A DNA stretch of 47,188 nucleotides from an uncultured Bacteroidales bacterium (GTDB taxonomy: Bacteria; Bacteroidota; Bacteroidia; Bacteroidales; UBA932): contig CAMNQO010000001.1 in assembly GCA_946549475.1 (NCBI GenBank), forward strand, positions 1-47,188, in the 5' to 3' direction. Position 1 is the first letter of the stretch. Every line of letters begins with the position of its first letter. A model generated the notes under the pieces. The model ran no database searches. It was not told where the DNA came from and was given only the letters and a program-made list of their open reading frames with translations. Of this stretch, positions 30,476 to 40,451 are shown piece after piece. Position numbers and translations under genes: made by a program.

Positions 30476-32497
30476 TTAGAAGAAACGGGCCCGGTTGTCC
30501 GTTACCTTATCCTCGGACATCACGGGAACAATCATCTGCGAATAATACTGCGCCTTCTGGGCATCCATCGCCTTGGCATCCTCCTCGTTATAGAAGGCTC
30601 CCTCTTCGCGGGAAAGGACCTTGAACACATAGATGGAATAGGCGGAACGGGCAGGACCGCTGATGACACCGGTCTCGGCGGAAGCGACGGCTCCCAGCAA
30701 AACCGGATCCACCGACATACCGCCGGCGGCGGCAAAAGCGACACCCTCCTTGGACGCCACTTCGGCTCCGAGCGCCTCGGCGACGGCGTTCATATCATCC
30801 AGCCCGGCCATCTTGGCAGCCACTTCTTCCGCTTTTTTGGCAGAAGCCTTCTCCTGGAAGAGGGTCATCCTGATCATCGGAGAGACCTCCTTGAGCGGAG
30901 TAAATCCTTCTTTGTTCACTCCCTTGACCGCCACGACGAAGAAGGCGCTGTTGCCTACGGTGATAATGTTGCTGACCTCTCCCTTCTTGTGGTCGAACGC
31001 CCAGCGGGTCACCTCCACCGTACCGTCCACGCCGCCCAGATGGCGGGTGCTCTCCAGCATTTTGTCATAACTCTGCACATACAGACGCAGGGAGTCGGCG
31101 GCATCCTTGAAACCTTTGTATGTGCCGGCGGAACGGGCTGCAAGGGTGTTGGCCTGGGAATAATAACTGTTGTAGGTCTCCTTGCCCGGTACGATATTCC
31201 GGGACAGGATGGCAACCTGCTTCTTCTCCACAAGTTCGGACTTGCTTACCACTTTGGCCAGCAACTTGCCGTACTGCGGACTCTGGACAAACTGAGCCTG
31301 GTTGAGACGGGCGTCGAACAGGTCCTCGCAACCCGGAATCAGGCGGTCCTGGGTCATGGTCATGGCTTCGGCCGCATCCACCTTGGCCAGCAACTCGGAG
31401 GTAATCTGCTCCGCATCGTTGGCAGGCACGACTTTCACCTCGATGCTGTTGGGCAACTTCTTGGCCGCGAGTACGCGCACGGCATAAAAAGCCTCGTCCG
31501 TGGCAATGAGTTCGGAAGCCTTGCCCACGGCGGCATTGTCAACAAACTCGGCCACCTTGCGGTCAACCGTATTCAGTTCGTTTTTGCCATACCAGCGGGT
31601 ATCGAACTTACGGTCCGAATTGCGCAGCAGGAAGGCTTTGAGATTGTCCGTGGTCAGAAATTCATCATAACTTTCATTGAACTTGTCCCGGGCCGCAGCG
31701 ATGTCCTGGGCGGAGGGCTTGACTTCGAAAACGACATATTCGATGTCACGGCTGGCCTTGCTGGCGTAGTTCTTCTTGTGCGCATTGTAGTACTTCTCGA
31801 TCTCCGCGTCACTGACCTGGATGGTGCTGTCCTGCACATACCCTACGGGAACCGTCACATATTCTATGTCAGCCGTCGTATTGTTCTCCGCAATCTGACG
31901 GGCCGTCATCAGTTTGTTGTTCTGGTTGCTCTTGGTGAAAAGGGCCGCATATTTCTCATAATAGGCTTCGGTCATCACCGCCTTCTGCAGATAATCCCAG
32001 TACAATTTCATCCGGCCGCTTTCGTCGCCCTGGACCGCCTGCACAAACTCCACGAGCCGGTCAACGCTGAAACTGCCGTCCTCGCCGGCAAAATTGGGAT
32101 CACGCGCGATAATCGGCGAGATGTCGCCGCCGGTGGTCAGTTCCACCTTCTCGTCCTTGCCCACGAAAAGACCGGCTTTTTTGCAGTTTTTGACAAAGAG
32201 GTAATCGTCCACCAAAGACTGCCAGGCCGCATCGCGAACCGCTTTCTGCTGCTCGTCGGAAGAGGGCGAGCCGCCGGTGATGATTTCGTTGAGTTTGGTA
32301 TATTTGTCCAGAGTCTCCTGGAACTCCATATAACCGATGCGTTTGCCGTCGATTTTGCCGACATCGTTTTTGGAAGACATGGAATACATTACAGAACTGA
32401 GCGTGCTCGGGTCAATGATGAAAGACAAGAGGGCGATGGCAATGATGACCGTGATCGCCACACCGAACTTTACGCGAATTTTTTCAAGAACCGCCAT
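30476..32497 (-). CDS. ppiD: SurA N-terminal domain / PpiD-like periplasmic chaperone
   Basis: MAVLEKIR plus a single TM anchor (IIAIALLSFI), VSDAEI..YY..HK..Y, C-terminal VTDNRARFF. Confidence 0.8.
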   Translation of the reverse strand: MAVLEKIRVKFGVAITVIIAIALLSFIIDPSTLSSVMYSMSSKNDVGKIDGKRIGYMEFQETLDKYTKLNEIITGGSPSSDEQQKAVRDAAWQSLVDDYLFVKNCKKAGLFVGKDEKVELTTGGDISPIIARDPNFAGEDGSFSVDRLVEFVQAVQGDESGRMKLYWDYLQKAVMTEAYYEKYAALFTKSNQNNKLMTARQIAENNTTADIEYVTVPVGYVQDSTIQVSDAEIEKYYNAHKKNYASKASRDIEYVVFEVKPSAQDIAAARDKFNESYDEFLTTDNLKAFLLRNSDRKFDTRWYGKNELNTVDRKVAEFVDNAAVGKASELIATDEAFYAVRVLAAKKLPNSIEVKVVPANDAEQITSELLAKVDAAEAMTMTQDRLIPGCEDLFDARLNQAQFVQSPQYGKLLAKVVSKSELVEKKQVAILSRNIVPGKETYNSYYSQANTLAARSAGTYKGFKDAADSLRLYVQSYDKMLESTRHLGGVDGTVEVTRWAFDHKKGEVSNIITVGNSAFFVVAVKGVNKEGFTPLKEVSPMIRMTLFQEKASAKKAEEVAAKMAGLDDMNAVAEALGAEVASKEGVAFAAAGGMSVDPVLLGAVASAETGVISGPARSAYSIYVFKVLSREEGAFYNEEDAKAMDAQKAQYYSQMIVPVMSEDKVTDNRARFF

Positions 32498-32590
32498 ATT
32501 AATTACTATGTTTATATTTATCTATTTTTCCCGCTCACACAAGCAGGACTGCGAAGATAAGAAAAATACTTGAAACTGCGGTTTTTTTCT

Positions 32591-33217
32591 TTATTTTTTC
32601 AGCACCGGACCGATAAAATTGGCGGTATCTTCCGGTGCCTGCTCTCCTTCCGTAAAAGCGTAACTGTTGAAGGGCCGGTGGATGACGGAGACATGCTCGC
32701 GCTGATCCGAGCGCATGCCATACCCCTGGATAAAGCCGTCAGGGGAGTATATCCGGACATAACTGTCCGTCCAATAGACCTCGTTCGTCCGATCCCAATA
32801 GATGGTGTCGGACTCCATCACCTCCCGGTTTTTAAGATTTTTGGTGACGACATGGCCCGTCACCATCCACAATTCATCTCCGCTCTTTCCTTTGGTATGC
32901 TTCGCCTTGTCCGAAAAAATGGTGGTCTGCAGGTCGCCTTGCTCGTCATAGAGATAGACATAGAATCCTTCCGGGAACAACTCATAAGAGGAGGTGTCGG
33001 TCTCGTAACGCTCCATCAGCGCACCTTCCATCCGCATCTTCAGACGGCCGTTTTCCGTATCTACGACAAACATGTCCCGCACCTGCTGGACCGGTACGCT
33101 GGACAAGTCGATCCTGTCGGCCTGCCTGAGTTTGCTCCGGCAGGAAAAAAGGACAAAGAGACCGGCCATCAGACAGATTGCCGGTCTCAGGGATGAGATA
33201 TTGTGCCTGGGGAACAA
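32591..33217 (-). CDS. lptC: LPS export periplasmic protein LptC
   Basis: Lipoprotein-like FSC; ENG.LK...FPEG...LW...GHV...SDTIYWD...TDSYV.I...G.GM.SD pattern. Start uncertain (TTG 33217 or ATG 33169). Confidence 0.8.
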   Translation of the reverse strand: MFPRHNISSLRPAICLMAGLFVLFSCRSKLRQADRIDLSSVPVQQVRDMFVVDTENGRLKMRMEGALMERYETDTSSYELFPEGFYVYLYDEQGDLQTTIFSDKAKHTKGKSGDELWMVTGHVVTKNLKNREVMESDTIYWDRTNEVYWTDSYVRIYSPDGFIQGYGMRSDQREHVSVIHRPFNSYAFTEGEQAPEDTANFIGPVLKK

Positions 33218-33219
33218 AT

Positions 33220-34554
33220 CTATTTGCTCTGGGTGCGTACGGTCGTCACGGCCGACATGCCGCCGCAATTGACCGTGTAACGATCTCCGTCGGTGAGGTT
33301 GTACATAAAGGCTTCCGCCTTCTCCGGGAAATACTGGCGGTACTGGCCGATAAGGCGGTCGGCTTCCTCGGTCAGGCTGGGATCCGCATTCTTGGCGCGA
33401 ACCATGAAGTCCACGGCCACCCAGAACGGGGCGCGGGAGTCAATCTCAGTACCGCCCTTGCAGGAAGTGCTTCCCCAGATGGTTCCGCAGAGCATGTTGG
33501 CTTTGCCGATTACATCGCCGTCCTGATCCAGCGCAATGGATTTCTGAGCGGCATGATAGGCTTTGGCCTTGTTGCCGTTCTTGTGATTGAACACAGCGGA
33601 CTCATAGTAATACTGCGCATCGGTCTCGTCGTCGGACTCATCGAAAGCAATGGCCTCGTCGAGGTATTTGTTTGCCATATCGACATCACCTTTGGAGGAG
33701 AACATACGATACAGTCCGTACGCCGTCTTGTAGTTGGGATCCGCCTTGTAGAGCGCGGTCACGGCGGTAAAATACAACTCGTTGTCCGTGCAGTCTTCGG
33801 TACTGCGCATCATGTTGGCAATCTTGCCCAGGAGTTCCAGGTTGCCGGGGTCGGCCTGCTGTTTCGGGGTAAAGATCGCAATCAGATTCTCGCAGGAGGC
33901 GACACGGGAACTGACAAACAGATTTTCGACCGCCGCACGGATGTTGGCCGTATTCTCATCTCCCGGATTCTTGGCCAGCGCGGCATCCAGGAAGCCCATG
34001 CAATACTCGTAGTCGGAGATGACCGTATCGATGTCGAGGCGTCCAGCCTGGTAGAGTTCCACCGAACAGTTCATGTAATTGACGAAAATGCTGGCCTTGG
34101 TCTTCTCCTTGTTGTTCTCGATGGCTTCCTTGCAGATGTCATACAGGGCCTGCTTGTCCCCGTTGCGGAACTGGATCATGTCCAGCGTCTTGTTCTCGAC
34201 GGCTTTGCTTTTCATCTTGGGGAAGTTCTGCATGCGGAGGTCGTGCAGCATCATCAGGGTATCGATGATCGACTCACGCAACTGGGCGTTTTTCTTGTTT
34301 TTGTTGATTTCCTGACGCATCAGCGAGGTGCCGTCGATGAGCATCGTCTGGTTGGCGGTCGGAGGACACAACTTGAACGCTTTTCTCCAGTTGGGCAAAG
34401 CATCCTTGTAGTTCTTCACTTTGTAGTGATCCTTGTAGAAGGATAAATACTTCAAACATTCCGCACTGTCTTTTCCGTACTTGCCGTAAGCGGAAGCGAC
34501 GCCGCCCGAACAAACAAGGGCGAACAAACTGAAAATAACTGCTAATTTCTTCAT
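33220..34554 (-). CDS. Exported TPR-like helical protein
   Basis: MKKLAVIF signal; YG.DS.EC..YLSFY; FW.AVD...RAK..DP; TTVR end, as seen upstream of lptC in Bacteroidales. Confidence 0.8.
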   Translation of the reverse strand: MKKLAVIFSLFALVCSGGVASAYGKYGKDSAECLKYLSFYKDHYKVKNYKDALPNWRKAFKLCPPTANQTMLIDGTSLMRQEINKNKKNAQLRESIIDTLMMLHDLRMQNFPKMKSKAVENKTLDMIQFRNGDKQALYDICKEAIENNKEKTKASIFVNYMNCSVELYQAGRLDIDTVISDYEYCMGFLDAALAKNPGDENTANIRAAVENLFVSSRVASCENLIAIFTPKQQADPGNLELLGKIANMMRSTEDCTDNELYFTAVTALYKADPNYKTAYGLYRMFSSKGDVDMANKYLDEAIAFDESDDETDAQYYYESAVFNHKNGNKAKAYHAAQKSIALDQDGDVIGKANMLCGTIWGSTSCKGGTEIDSRAPFWVAVDFMVRAKNADPSLTEEADRLIGQYRQYFPEKAEAFMYNLTDGDRYTVNCGGMSAVTTVRTQSK

Positions 34555-34567
34555 ATGCTTTGGGTTA

Positions 34568-35884
34568 TTATTCATATTTCGGTTTTTGGAACCAGATATC
34601 ATGTATATTCATGCTCGCATGGACTTGGAAACAGGTCTCCCGGATCATGTTGTTTTGTACCGACCCCCTCCTTCCAATTTCCATGCCGATGGTAAATCCG
34701 TTGAACCAGCGGAAGACCGGGAGAGTCACGCCAAGCGTCAGACCATAACTGGTTACGGCATACGGACCATAGCGAAAATTGCCCGTGTCATAGTAAAGTC
34801 CTGCCCGGTAGGCCATCCTGCGATAGTAGTAACGGATGTCGTTGCGGTTGGGTACGAACTCCACGCCGGCACGCACCGTATGGGACATCACGGATTCAAA
34901 ATGAAGGTTCTCTTCCGTATTCACGGCAAATCCCCTCGCGGAAGAAAAGCCGCTTGAGCGCCAGTCGGCCAGCAGGTAGTCCACCTCGATGCTCCATTTC
35001 CCATCCAGTTTGAGCGCCAGGCCCACGCCGATTTCATCTCCGAGACGGACGGCCTGACTGCCGACATCACGCCTGTAGATGGTATCTTGCACACTGGAAA
35101 GGGTCGCATTGTAGTACTCTTCGTTGGTCCCCCGGATGGGCGTCTTGAGACGGTAAGTCGCACCGGCGGTCAACGAACTGAGGTTATTGAAACGATGTTC
35201 GTACTGAATGCCGAACTTGCCGCCGATGCCCCAGAGTTTCATGTCATAACCTCCATAGGTGGAACGGAATGAACTCTGCTCGAAAATCTTGTTGGAGACC
35301 TTTCCGATATGGCCGAAATAATAATCCAACTCCGCTCCGACGGAAAAGCGCTTCCAGAAAGTGGCGGCGGCAGAAAGGAAAACTTTGGTCATCGCACCCT
35401 CTCCATACGACTGATAATCGATGTTGCCCGTATTGCCGATGATGCCGGACCGCGTTTCACTGTAGGAAAAGTCATATCCGACACCGCTGTAGGGAGTGAT
35501 GCCGATGGCAAGGGCGGAACTGCGGTAAATGGGAACGGAAAAGATGAAGTTGCAGATGTTGAACTGGTTGTTGACCGAGGTGACATCCCCTTGGCGGAAA
35601 TATTTGTTGTTGTTGCTGACTCCGAAGTCCAACATGAAGGCCAGGGTATCGCGAGCCGTAATGGCGGCAGGATTCAAATAGTTGATATACCGATTGTTGC
35701 GAGCCGCTATGCCGACACCGCCCATGGTCTTGTTAAAGGCCGTCCCCTCGGTCATCACTTCACCGACACCGAATACGGAATACGGAGAATAGGTCGAAAA
35801 TGCTCCCGTCTGCGCCTGCAACGAAAGCAATCCCAATGAAAGCAAAACGGGAATCAAAATCCCAACTTTTCTACAACGCTTCAT
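34568..35884 (-). CDS. Outer-membrane beta-barrel protein (FadL/OmpP1-like)
   Basis: Signal peptide LQA-Q; SPYS.FG.G, MGG.GIA, N.LNPAA, GITPYS.VGY; amphipathic strands; C-terminal WF.K.K. Confidence 0.8.
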   Translation of the reverse strand: MKRCRKVGILIPVLLSLGLLSLQAQTGAFSTYSPYSVFGVGEVMTEGTAFNKTMGGVGIAARNNRYINYLNPAAITARDTLAFMLDFGVSNNNKYFRQGDVTSVNNQFNICNFIFSVPIYRSSALAIGITPYSGVGYDFSYSETRSGIIGNTGNIDYQSYGEGAMTKVFLSAAATFWKRFSVGAELDYYFGHIGKVSNKIFEQSSFRSTYGGYDMKLWGIGGKFGIQYEHRFNNLSSLTAGATYRLKTPIRGTNEEYYNATLSSVQDTIYRRDVGSQAVRLGDEIGVGLALKLDGKWSIEVDYLLADWRSSGFSSARGFAVNTEENLHFESVMSHTVRAGVEFVPNRNDIRYYYRRMAYRAGLYYDTGNFRYGPYAVTSYGLTLGVTLPVFRWFNGFTIGMEIGRRGSVQNNMIRETCFQVHASMNIHDIWFQKPKYE

Positions 35885-35952
35885 CGACACTTTATCTCCA
35901 GTAATCGGATAACAACCTACAAAGGTGCAATTTTTAATCCATTTTTCAAAAT

Positions 35953-38900
35953 TTATGCTTCCAATTTCTTCAGGCACGCCCATGCATCGTACAAAGACGG
36001 GATGTTTCTGGAGATGATTTTCAGTTTGCCGTTCTCTCCCTGCTTCATCTCGAATTGTTTGCCCAGGCCGGAAATATGGTCGAGTATTTTTGAAAAAGTG
36101 TCCGATTTATAATAAGGTGAAAGGGGATTGGAAACAAAGAAGGCAATCAGGATGCCGTTTTTGACGATAATCTTTTCAAATCCCAGTTTTTTGCCCAGCA
36201 AACGGATTTGTACGACGGAAAACAGGTTTTCCACCTCGACAGGCAGGTGGCCGAAACGGTCGGTCAGCCGGTCCTTCGCCTTTTCCAGGCCATGCTCGTC
36301 CGTGATGCTGTCCAAGTCTTTGTATATCCGTATTTTCTCCACCGTAATATCGACGAAAGAATCCGGCAGCAAGGCGGTCTGGTCGGTCTCCACGGTACAT
36401 TCCGCAATGTAGTTTTCCTGGTATGAAGCGGTCTTGTAGCCCGTTTCCACACCCAATTCCTCCATAGCCTCGGTCAGGACTTTGTGGAAGGTTTCGAGGC
36501 CCATGTCACTGATAAAACCGCTTTGCTGGGCACCCAGCAGATTGCCGGCTCCGCGAATATCCAGATCCTGCATGGCAATGCTGAATCCGCTGCCCAGGTC
36601 GCTGAAGGTCTCGATGGCTTTCAGACGACGGCGTGAATCTTCGGAAATGGAGGTGAGCGGAGGTACGATCAGATAGCAGAAAGCCTGCTTGTTGGAGCGT
36701 CCCACCCGGCCCCGCAACTGATGCAAGTCACTCAGGCCGATGTTTTGGGCCTGGTTGATGATCATGGTATTGGCCGCCGGAATATCCAGCCCGTTCTCAA
36801 TAATCGTGGTACACAGAAGCAGGTCGTAGTCTCCTCTGATGAAGTCCATGATTTTATTTTCCAGCACTTTTGACTCCATCTGACCGTGGGCGGTACAGAT
36901 TTTCATATCCGGTACCAGACGATGCAGCATCTCCTCAATCGCCGGCAATTCTTCCACTTTGTTGTGGATAAAAAAGATCTGTCCGCCCCGTTTGAGTTCG
37001 TAATGGATAATCCGCTTGATCTCCTCCTTTTCAAAATTCATGATTTCGGTCTGGATGGGAATACGGTTGGGAGGCGGCGTCTGGATGATGGACAAATCCC
37101 TAGCGCCCAGCAAAGAGAACTGGAGGGTACGGGGGATGGGCGTAGCGGTCAGGGCCAGGGTATCGACCCCGGCTTTCATCTGCCGGAGTTTTTCCTTGGC
37201 GCTGACGCCGAATTTCTGTTCTTCGTCGATAATCAGCAGACCCAGGTCCTTGAACTGGAACTGGTCTCCCAGAAGTTTGTGCGTGCCGATGATGATATCG
37301 ATCCGGCCTTCTTTCAAATCTTTGGTGATGGCCGTGATTTCTTTGGCGGTACGCAGGCGTGAGACATACTCGATGCGGCAAGGAAAATTTTCCAGCCGGG
37401 CGGAAAAGGTGTTGAAATGTTGCAGGCAAAGGATGGTCGTGGGCACCAGCACCGCCACCTGCTTGCTGTCACAGACCGCTTTGAACGCCGCACGGATGGC
37501 CACCTCCGTCTTTCCGAATCCCACATCCCCGCAGACCAGGCGGTCCATCGGACAATCACCTTCCATATCGCGTTTGACGGCCTTGACGGCTTTGTCCTGG
37601 TCGGGGGTGTCTTCGTACATGAAAGAAGACTCCAACTCTTCCTGCAGATAGGTGTCGGGGGAGAAAGGGAATCCCGGCGTAGCCTTTCGCCTGGCATACA
37701 GACGGATCAAGTCTTTGGCTATATCCTTGACTTTGTTCTTGGCCGCCGTCTTGGTAGCCATCCAGGTCTTGCTGCCCAGTTTGTGGATGCGCGGCGCCTC
37801 GCTTTCCTTGGATTTATAACGCGAGATTTTGTGCAAAGAGTGGATGGATATGAAAATCACATCGTGATCTTTGTATTCCAGTTTCACCACATCGTGCATG
37901 CGTCCTTTGTCGTCCGCGATTTTGACCAAACCACCGAAAATCCCGACGCCGTAGTCGATATGTACAATGTAATCTCCGATTGAAAAACTCGTCAGATCGT
38001 TGATGGTCAACTGCTCGCTCTTGTCCACCGTCCGCCGCAGCGTCACGCGGTGAAAACGGTCGAACAACTCATGGTCACTATAACAGCAAATCTTGGCGTC
38101 ATGGTCGATAAAGCCCTCATGGAGGACTTTGCCGGCGACAAATTCCGGCTGTACGCCATTGTTCTGTAAAATAATGGAAGAAAGCCGGTCGAGTTGTTGC
38201 TTTTTCTCTCCGAAGACCATCACCCGATAGCCGGACTCCCGTTTGGTACGGATATCCTCTATCATCCACTCGAAATTCTTATGGAAAACGGGTTGGGCGG
38301 CAATATGGAAAGCAACTGTCGGAAGCGATTTTTTATGTGCCGCAGGGGAATCGATAAAAATACGCTTGTGGTTTTCTATGAAAGGATAGAAGTCTTTTTC
38401 TTGATACAAATCCGCCGAGTCAAGCCAGAAAAGCGTATCTTTCGGCAGTTGCTCCGTAATCCACGCCTTCCCTTCTTCCTGCCGCTCAAAAAAAGAAGGA
38501 TAAATATCCGCCTGGTCCACCTGCTCTACAGAGAGTTGGGTATTGCTGTTGAAAATACTGATTTTATCGATTTCATTTCCGAAAAAAGACAGGCGATAGG
38601 GATGGTTCATCGAATAGGAAAAAATATCCACGATACCGCCCCGGATGGCATACTGACCCGGATCACTGACAAAATCGACCCGTTCAAAACCATTTTCAAA
38701 CAGAATCTTCGCCATCTCATCATGCGAGATTTCCTGCCCGCTTTTCCAACTTGCCAAGGGTTGGAAACGGCTCAGGGAGAGGATGGGCTCTTCCAAAGCG
38801 GAAGGATAGGAGATGATAAACAAACTTTCGCCTGATTGATGTTCCTTGATTTTCCCCAGTGCGGCGGTCCTTTGCACCCTCAAAGTAGATTGATAATTGC

Positions 38901-39147
38901 TCTTTTCTACATTTTTTCCGGAATGAGGCAGAAAAAAAACTTTGTCGCCGTCTATGATATGATAAAGGTCCGCCGTGCAGTATTCCGCGCTTTCCTGATC
39001 GGGCAGAATGATAAAGTTCAGGCCGTCAAAGCGGGTTTGACCGGCCACGAACCAACGGGCGGACAGAGAAAGATTGGAACAGGACAGCGCATCTCCCTCC
39101 GCAAGTTCTTTCCGGATCTGTCTTATTTTTTCTTCATCGACCAGCAT
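35953..39147 (-). CDS. mfd: Transcription-repair coupling factor
   Basis: PMDRLVCGDVGFGKTEVA, DEEQKFGV, TATPIPRT, QLRGRVGRS, DLDIRGAGNLLG, TRCF C-terminus. Confidence 0.98.
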   Translation of the reverse strand: MLVDEEKIRQIRKELAEGDALSCSNLSLSARWFVAGQTRFDGLNFIILPDQESAEYCTADLYHIIDGDKVFFLPHSGKNVEKSNYQSTLRVQRTAALGKIKEHQSGESLFIISYPSALEEPILSLSRFQPLASWKSGQEISHDEMAKILFENGFERVDFVSDPGQYAIRGGIVDIFSYSMNHPYRLSFFGNEIDKISIFNSNTQLSVEQVDQADIYPSFFERQEEGKAWITEQLPKDTLFWLDSADLYQEKDFYPFIENHKRIFIDSPAAHKKSLPTVAFHIAAQPVFHKNFEWMIEDIRTKRESGYRVMVFGEKKQQLDRLSSIILQNNGVQPEFVAGKVLHEGFIDHDAKICCYSDHELFDRFHRVTLRRTVDKSEQLTINDLTSFSIGDYIVHIDYGVGIFGGLVKIADDKGRMHDVVKLEYKDHDVIFISIHSLHKISRYKSKESEAPRIHKLGSKTWMATKTAAKNKVKDIAKDLIRLYARRKATPGFPFSPDTYLQEELESSFMYEDTPDQDKAVKAVKRDMEGDCPMDRLVCGDVGFGKTEVAIRAAFKAVCDSKQVAVLVPTTILCLQHFNTFSARLENFPCRIEYVSRLRTAKEITAITKDLKEGRIDIIIGTHKLLGDQFQFKDLGLLIIDEEQKFGVSAKEKLRQMKAGVDTLALTATPIPRTLQFSLLGARDLSIIQTPPPNRIPIQTEIMNFEKEEIKRIIHYELKRGGQIFFIHNKVEELPAIEEMLHRLVPDMKICTAHGQMESKVLENKIMDFIRGDYDLLLCTTIIENGLDIPAANTMIINQAQNIGLSDLHQLRGRVGRSNKQAFCYLIVPPLTSISEDSRRRLKAIETFSDLGSGFSIAMQDLDIRGAGNLLGAQQSGFISDMGLETFHKVLTEAMEELGVETGYKTASYQENYIAECTVETDQTALLPDSFVDITVEKIRIYKDLDSITDEHGLEKAKDRLTDRFGHLPVEVENLFSVVQIRLLGKKLGFEKIIVKNGILIAFFVSNPLSPYYKSDTFSKILDHISGLGKQFEMKQGENGKLKIISRNIPSLYDAWACLKKLEA

Positions 39148-39407
39148 TGTTCAGAATCTGTTGATAAGTTGTTGAAGAAAAGTTCAATTCTTTTGACAAC
39201 TAAATTTTTTCTTTCCCAAGATTTTTCTATATCGTCATCTTTTGATGAAATGCAAATTTACTTTCCTTTTTTTCCTGACAAGTTTTCCATGCTATATTTC
39301 ATTGTCAATTACTTATTAATAAATCAATTACAAAGTTATCAACAAATGAACGGCAATAATAACAACATCAAAGATTTTAAAAAAATCAATATATTTGTAT
39401 TTATTAA
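39148..39407. other. Putative chromosomal replication origin (oriC)
   Basis: AT-rich divergent intergenic region with TGTTGATAA (39159-39167), degenerate TGTTGAAGA (39170-39178), TTATCAACA (39336-39344) and an AATAATAACAACA run. Close to mnmG and parS-like sites. Confidence 0.65.
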
Positions 39408-39416
39408 ATGTCGGTT

Positions 39417-40445
39417 ATGCAAGAGTCTTTCGATCCGCACATCCAAGGAGAGTGCAAAGATAGTGATTTAGACGGAATAACGCGTCCGCAAGATCTGGAA
39501 GAATTTACAGGCCAGGATAAAATCGTTGAAAATCTGCGTATTTTCATCCAGGCGGCCAAGATGCGCGATGAATCGTTGGACCATGTCCTCTTTCACGGTC
39601 CTCCGGGACTGGGCAAGACGACCCTGGCCCATATCATCGCCAACGAGTTGGGCGTGAATATGAAAGTTACTTCCGGCCCCGTCCTGGACAAGCCCGGGGA
39701 TCTGGCCGGTCTTCTGACCTCCCTGGAGAAGGGAGATGTCCTCTTTATCGATGAGATTCACCGTCTTTCTCCTGTAGTGGAAGAGTATTTGTATTCCGCG
39801 ATGGAAGACTTTGTCATCGATATCATGATAGATAAAGGACCGGGGGCCCGTTCCGTCCGGATCAATCTCTTTCCGTTCACCCTGGTCGGAGCTACTACCC
39901 GCAGCGGCTTGCTGACTTCGCCCCTGCGTGCCCGATTCGGCATCAAATGTGCGCTTGAGTATTATGATACGGATACATTATTGCACATTATCAAGCGCAG
40001 CGCCCGTATCCTGAAGGTTGAAATCCATGACGATGCGGCCCACGAGATAGCGCTGCGAAGCCGAGGAACTCCCCGTATCGCCAATGCCCTGCTCCGTCGT
40101 GTCAGGGATTTCGCCCAGGTGAAAGGAAATGGAACGATAGACATTGCCATCGCGCAGTTTGCCCTCGATGCCTTGAATATTGACAAACGCGGGCTCGATA
40201 CCATCGACAATAAGATTCTCAAGACCATCATAACCAAGTTCAAGGGGGGGCCTGTCGGTATCGGAACCATCGCCACTGCGGTAGAGGAGGATCCGGGTAC
40301 CATTGAAGAAGTCTATGAGCCATTCTTGATTAAAGAAGGTTTCATCGTGCGTACCCCTCGGGGACGAGAGGCTACCGAATTATCTTATAAACACCTGGGC
40401 CTTAATAAAATGCACGATTACAGCGACGAGCCCGGCTTGTTCTGA
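39417..40445 (+). CDS. ruvB: Holliday junction branch-migration helicase RuvB
   Basis: [55 protein letters not shown]. Alternative ATG at 39408. Confidence 0.98.
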   Translation: MQESFDPHIQGECKDSDLDGITRPQDLEEFTGQDKIVENLRIFIQAAKMRDESLDHVLFHGPPGLGKTTLAHIIANELGVNMKVTSGPVLDKPGDLAGLLTSLEKGDVLFIDEIHRLSPVVEEYLYSAMEDFVIDIMIDKGPGARSVRINLFPFTLVGATTRSGLLTSPLRARFGIKCALEYYDTDTLLHIIKRSARILKVEIHDDAAHEIALRSRGTPRIANALLRRVRDFAQVKGNGTIDIAIAQFALDALNIDKRGLDTIDNKILKTIITKFKGGPVGIGTIATAVEEDPGTIEEVYEPFLIKEGFIVRTPRGREATELSYKHLGLNKMHDYSDEPGLF

Positions 40446-40451
40446 GCCTTT

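Noticed and set aside
36963-36971. Perfect TGTGGATAA DnaA box inside mfd (also TTATCAACA at 46158-46166 in tonB)
   Set aside because: Isolated, inside coding sequence, and explained by codons (FIHN; IINT); not clustered.
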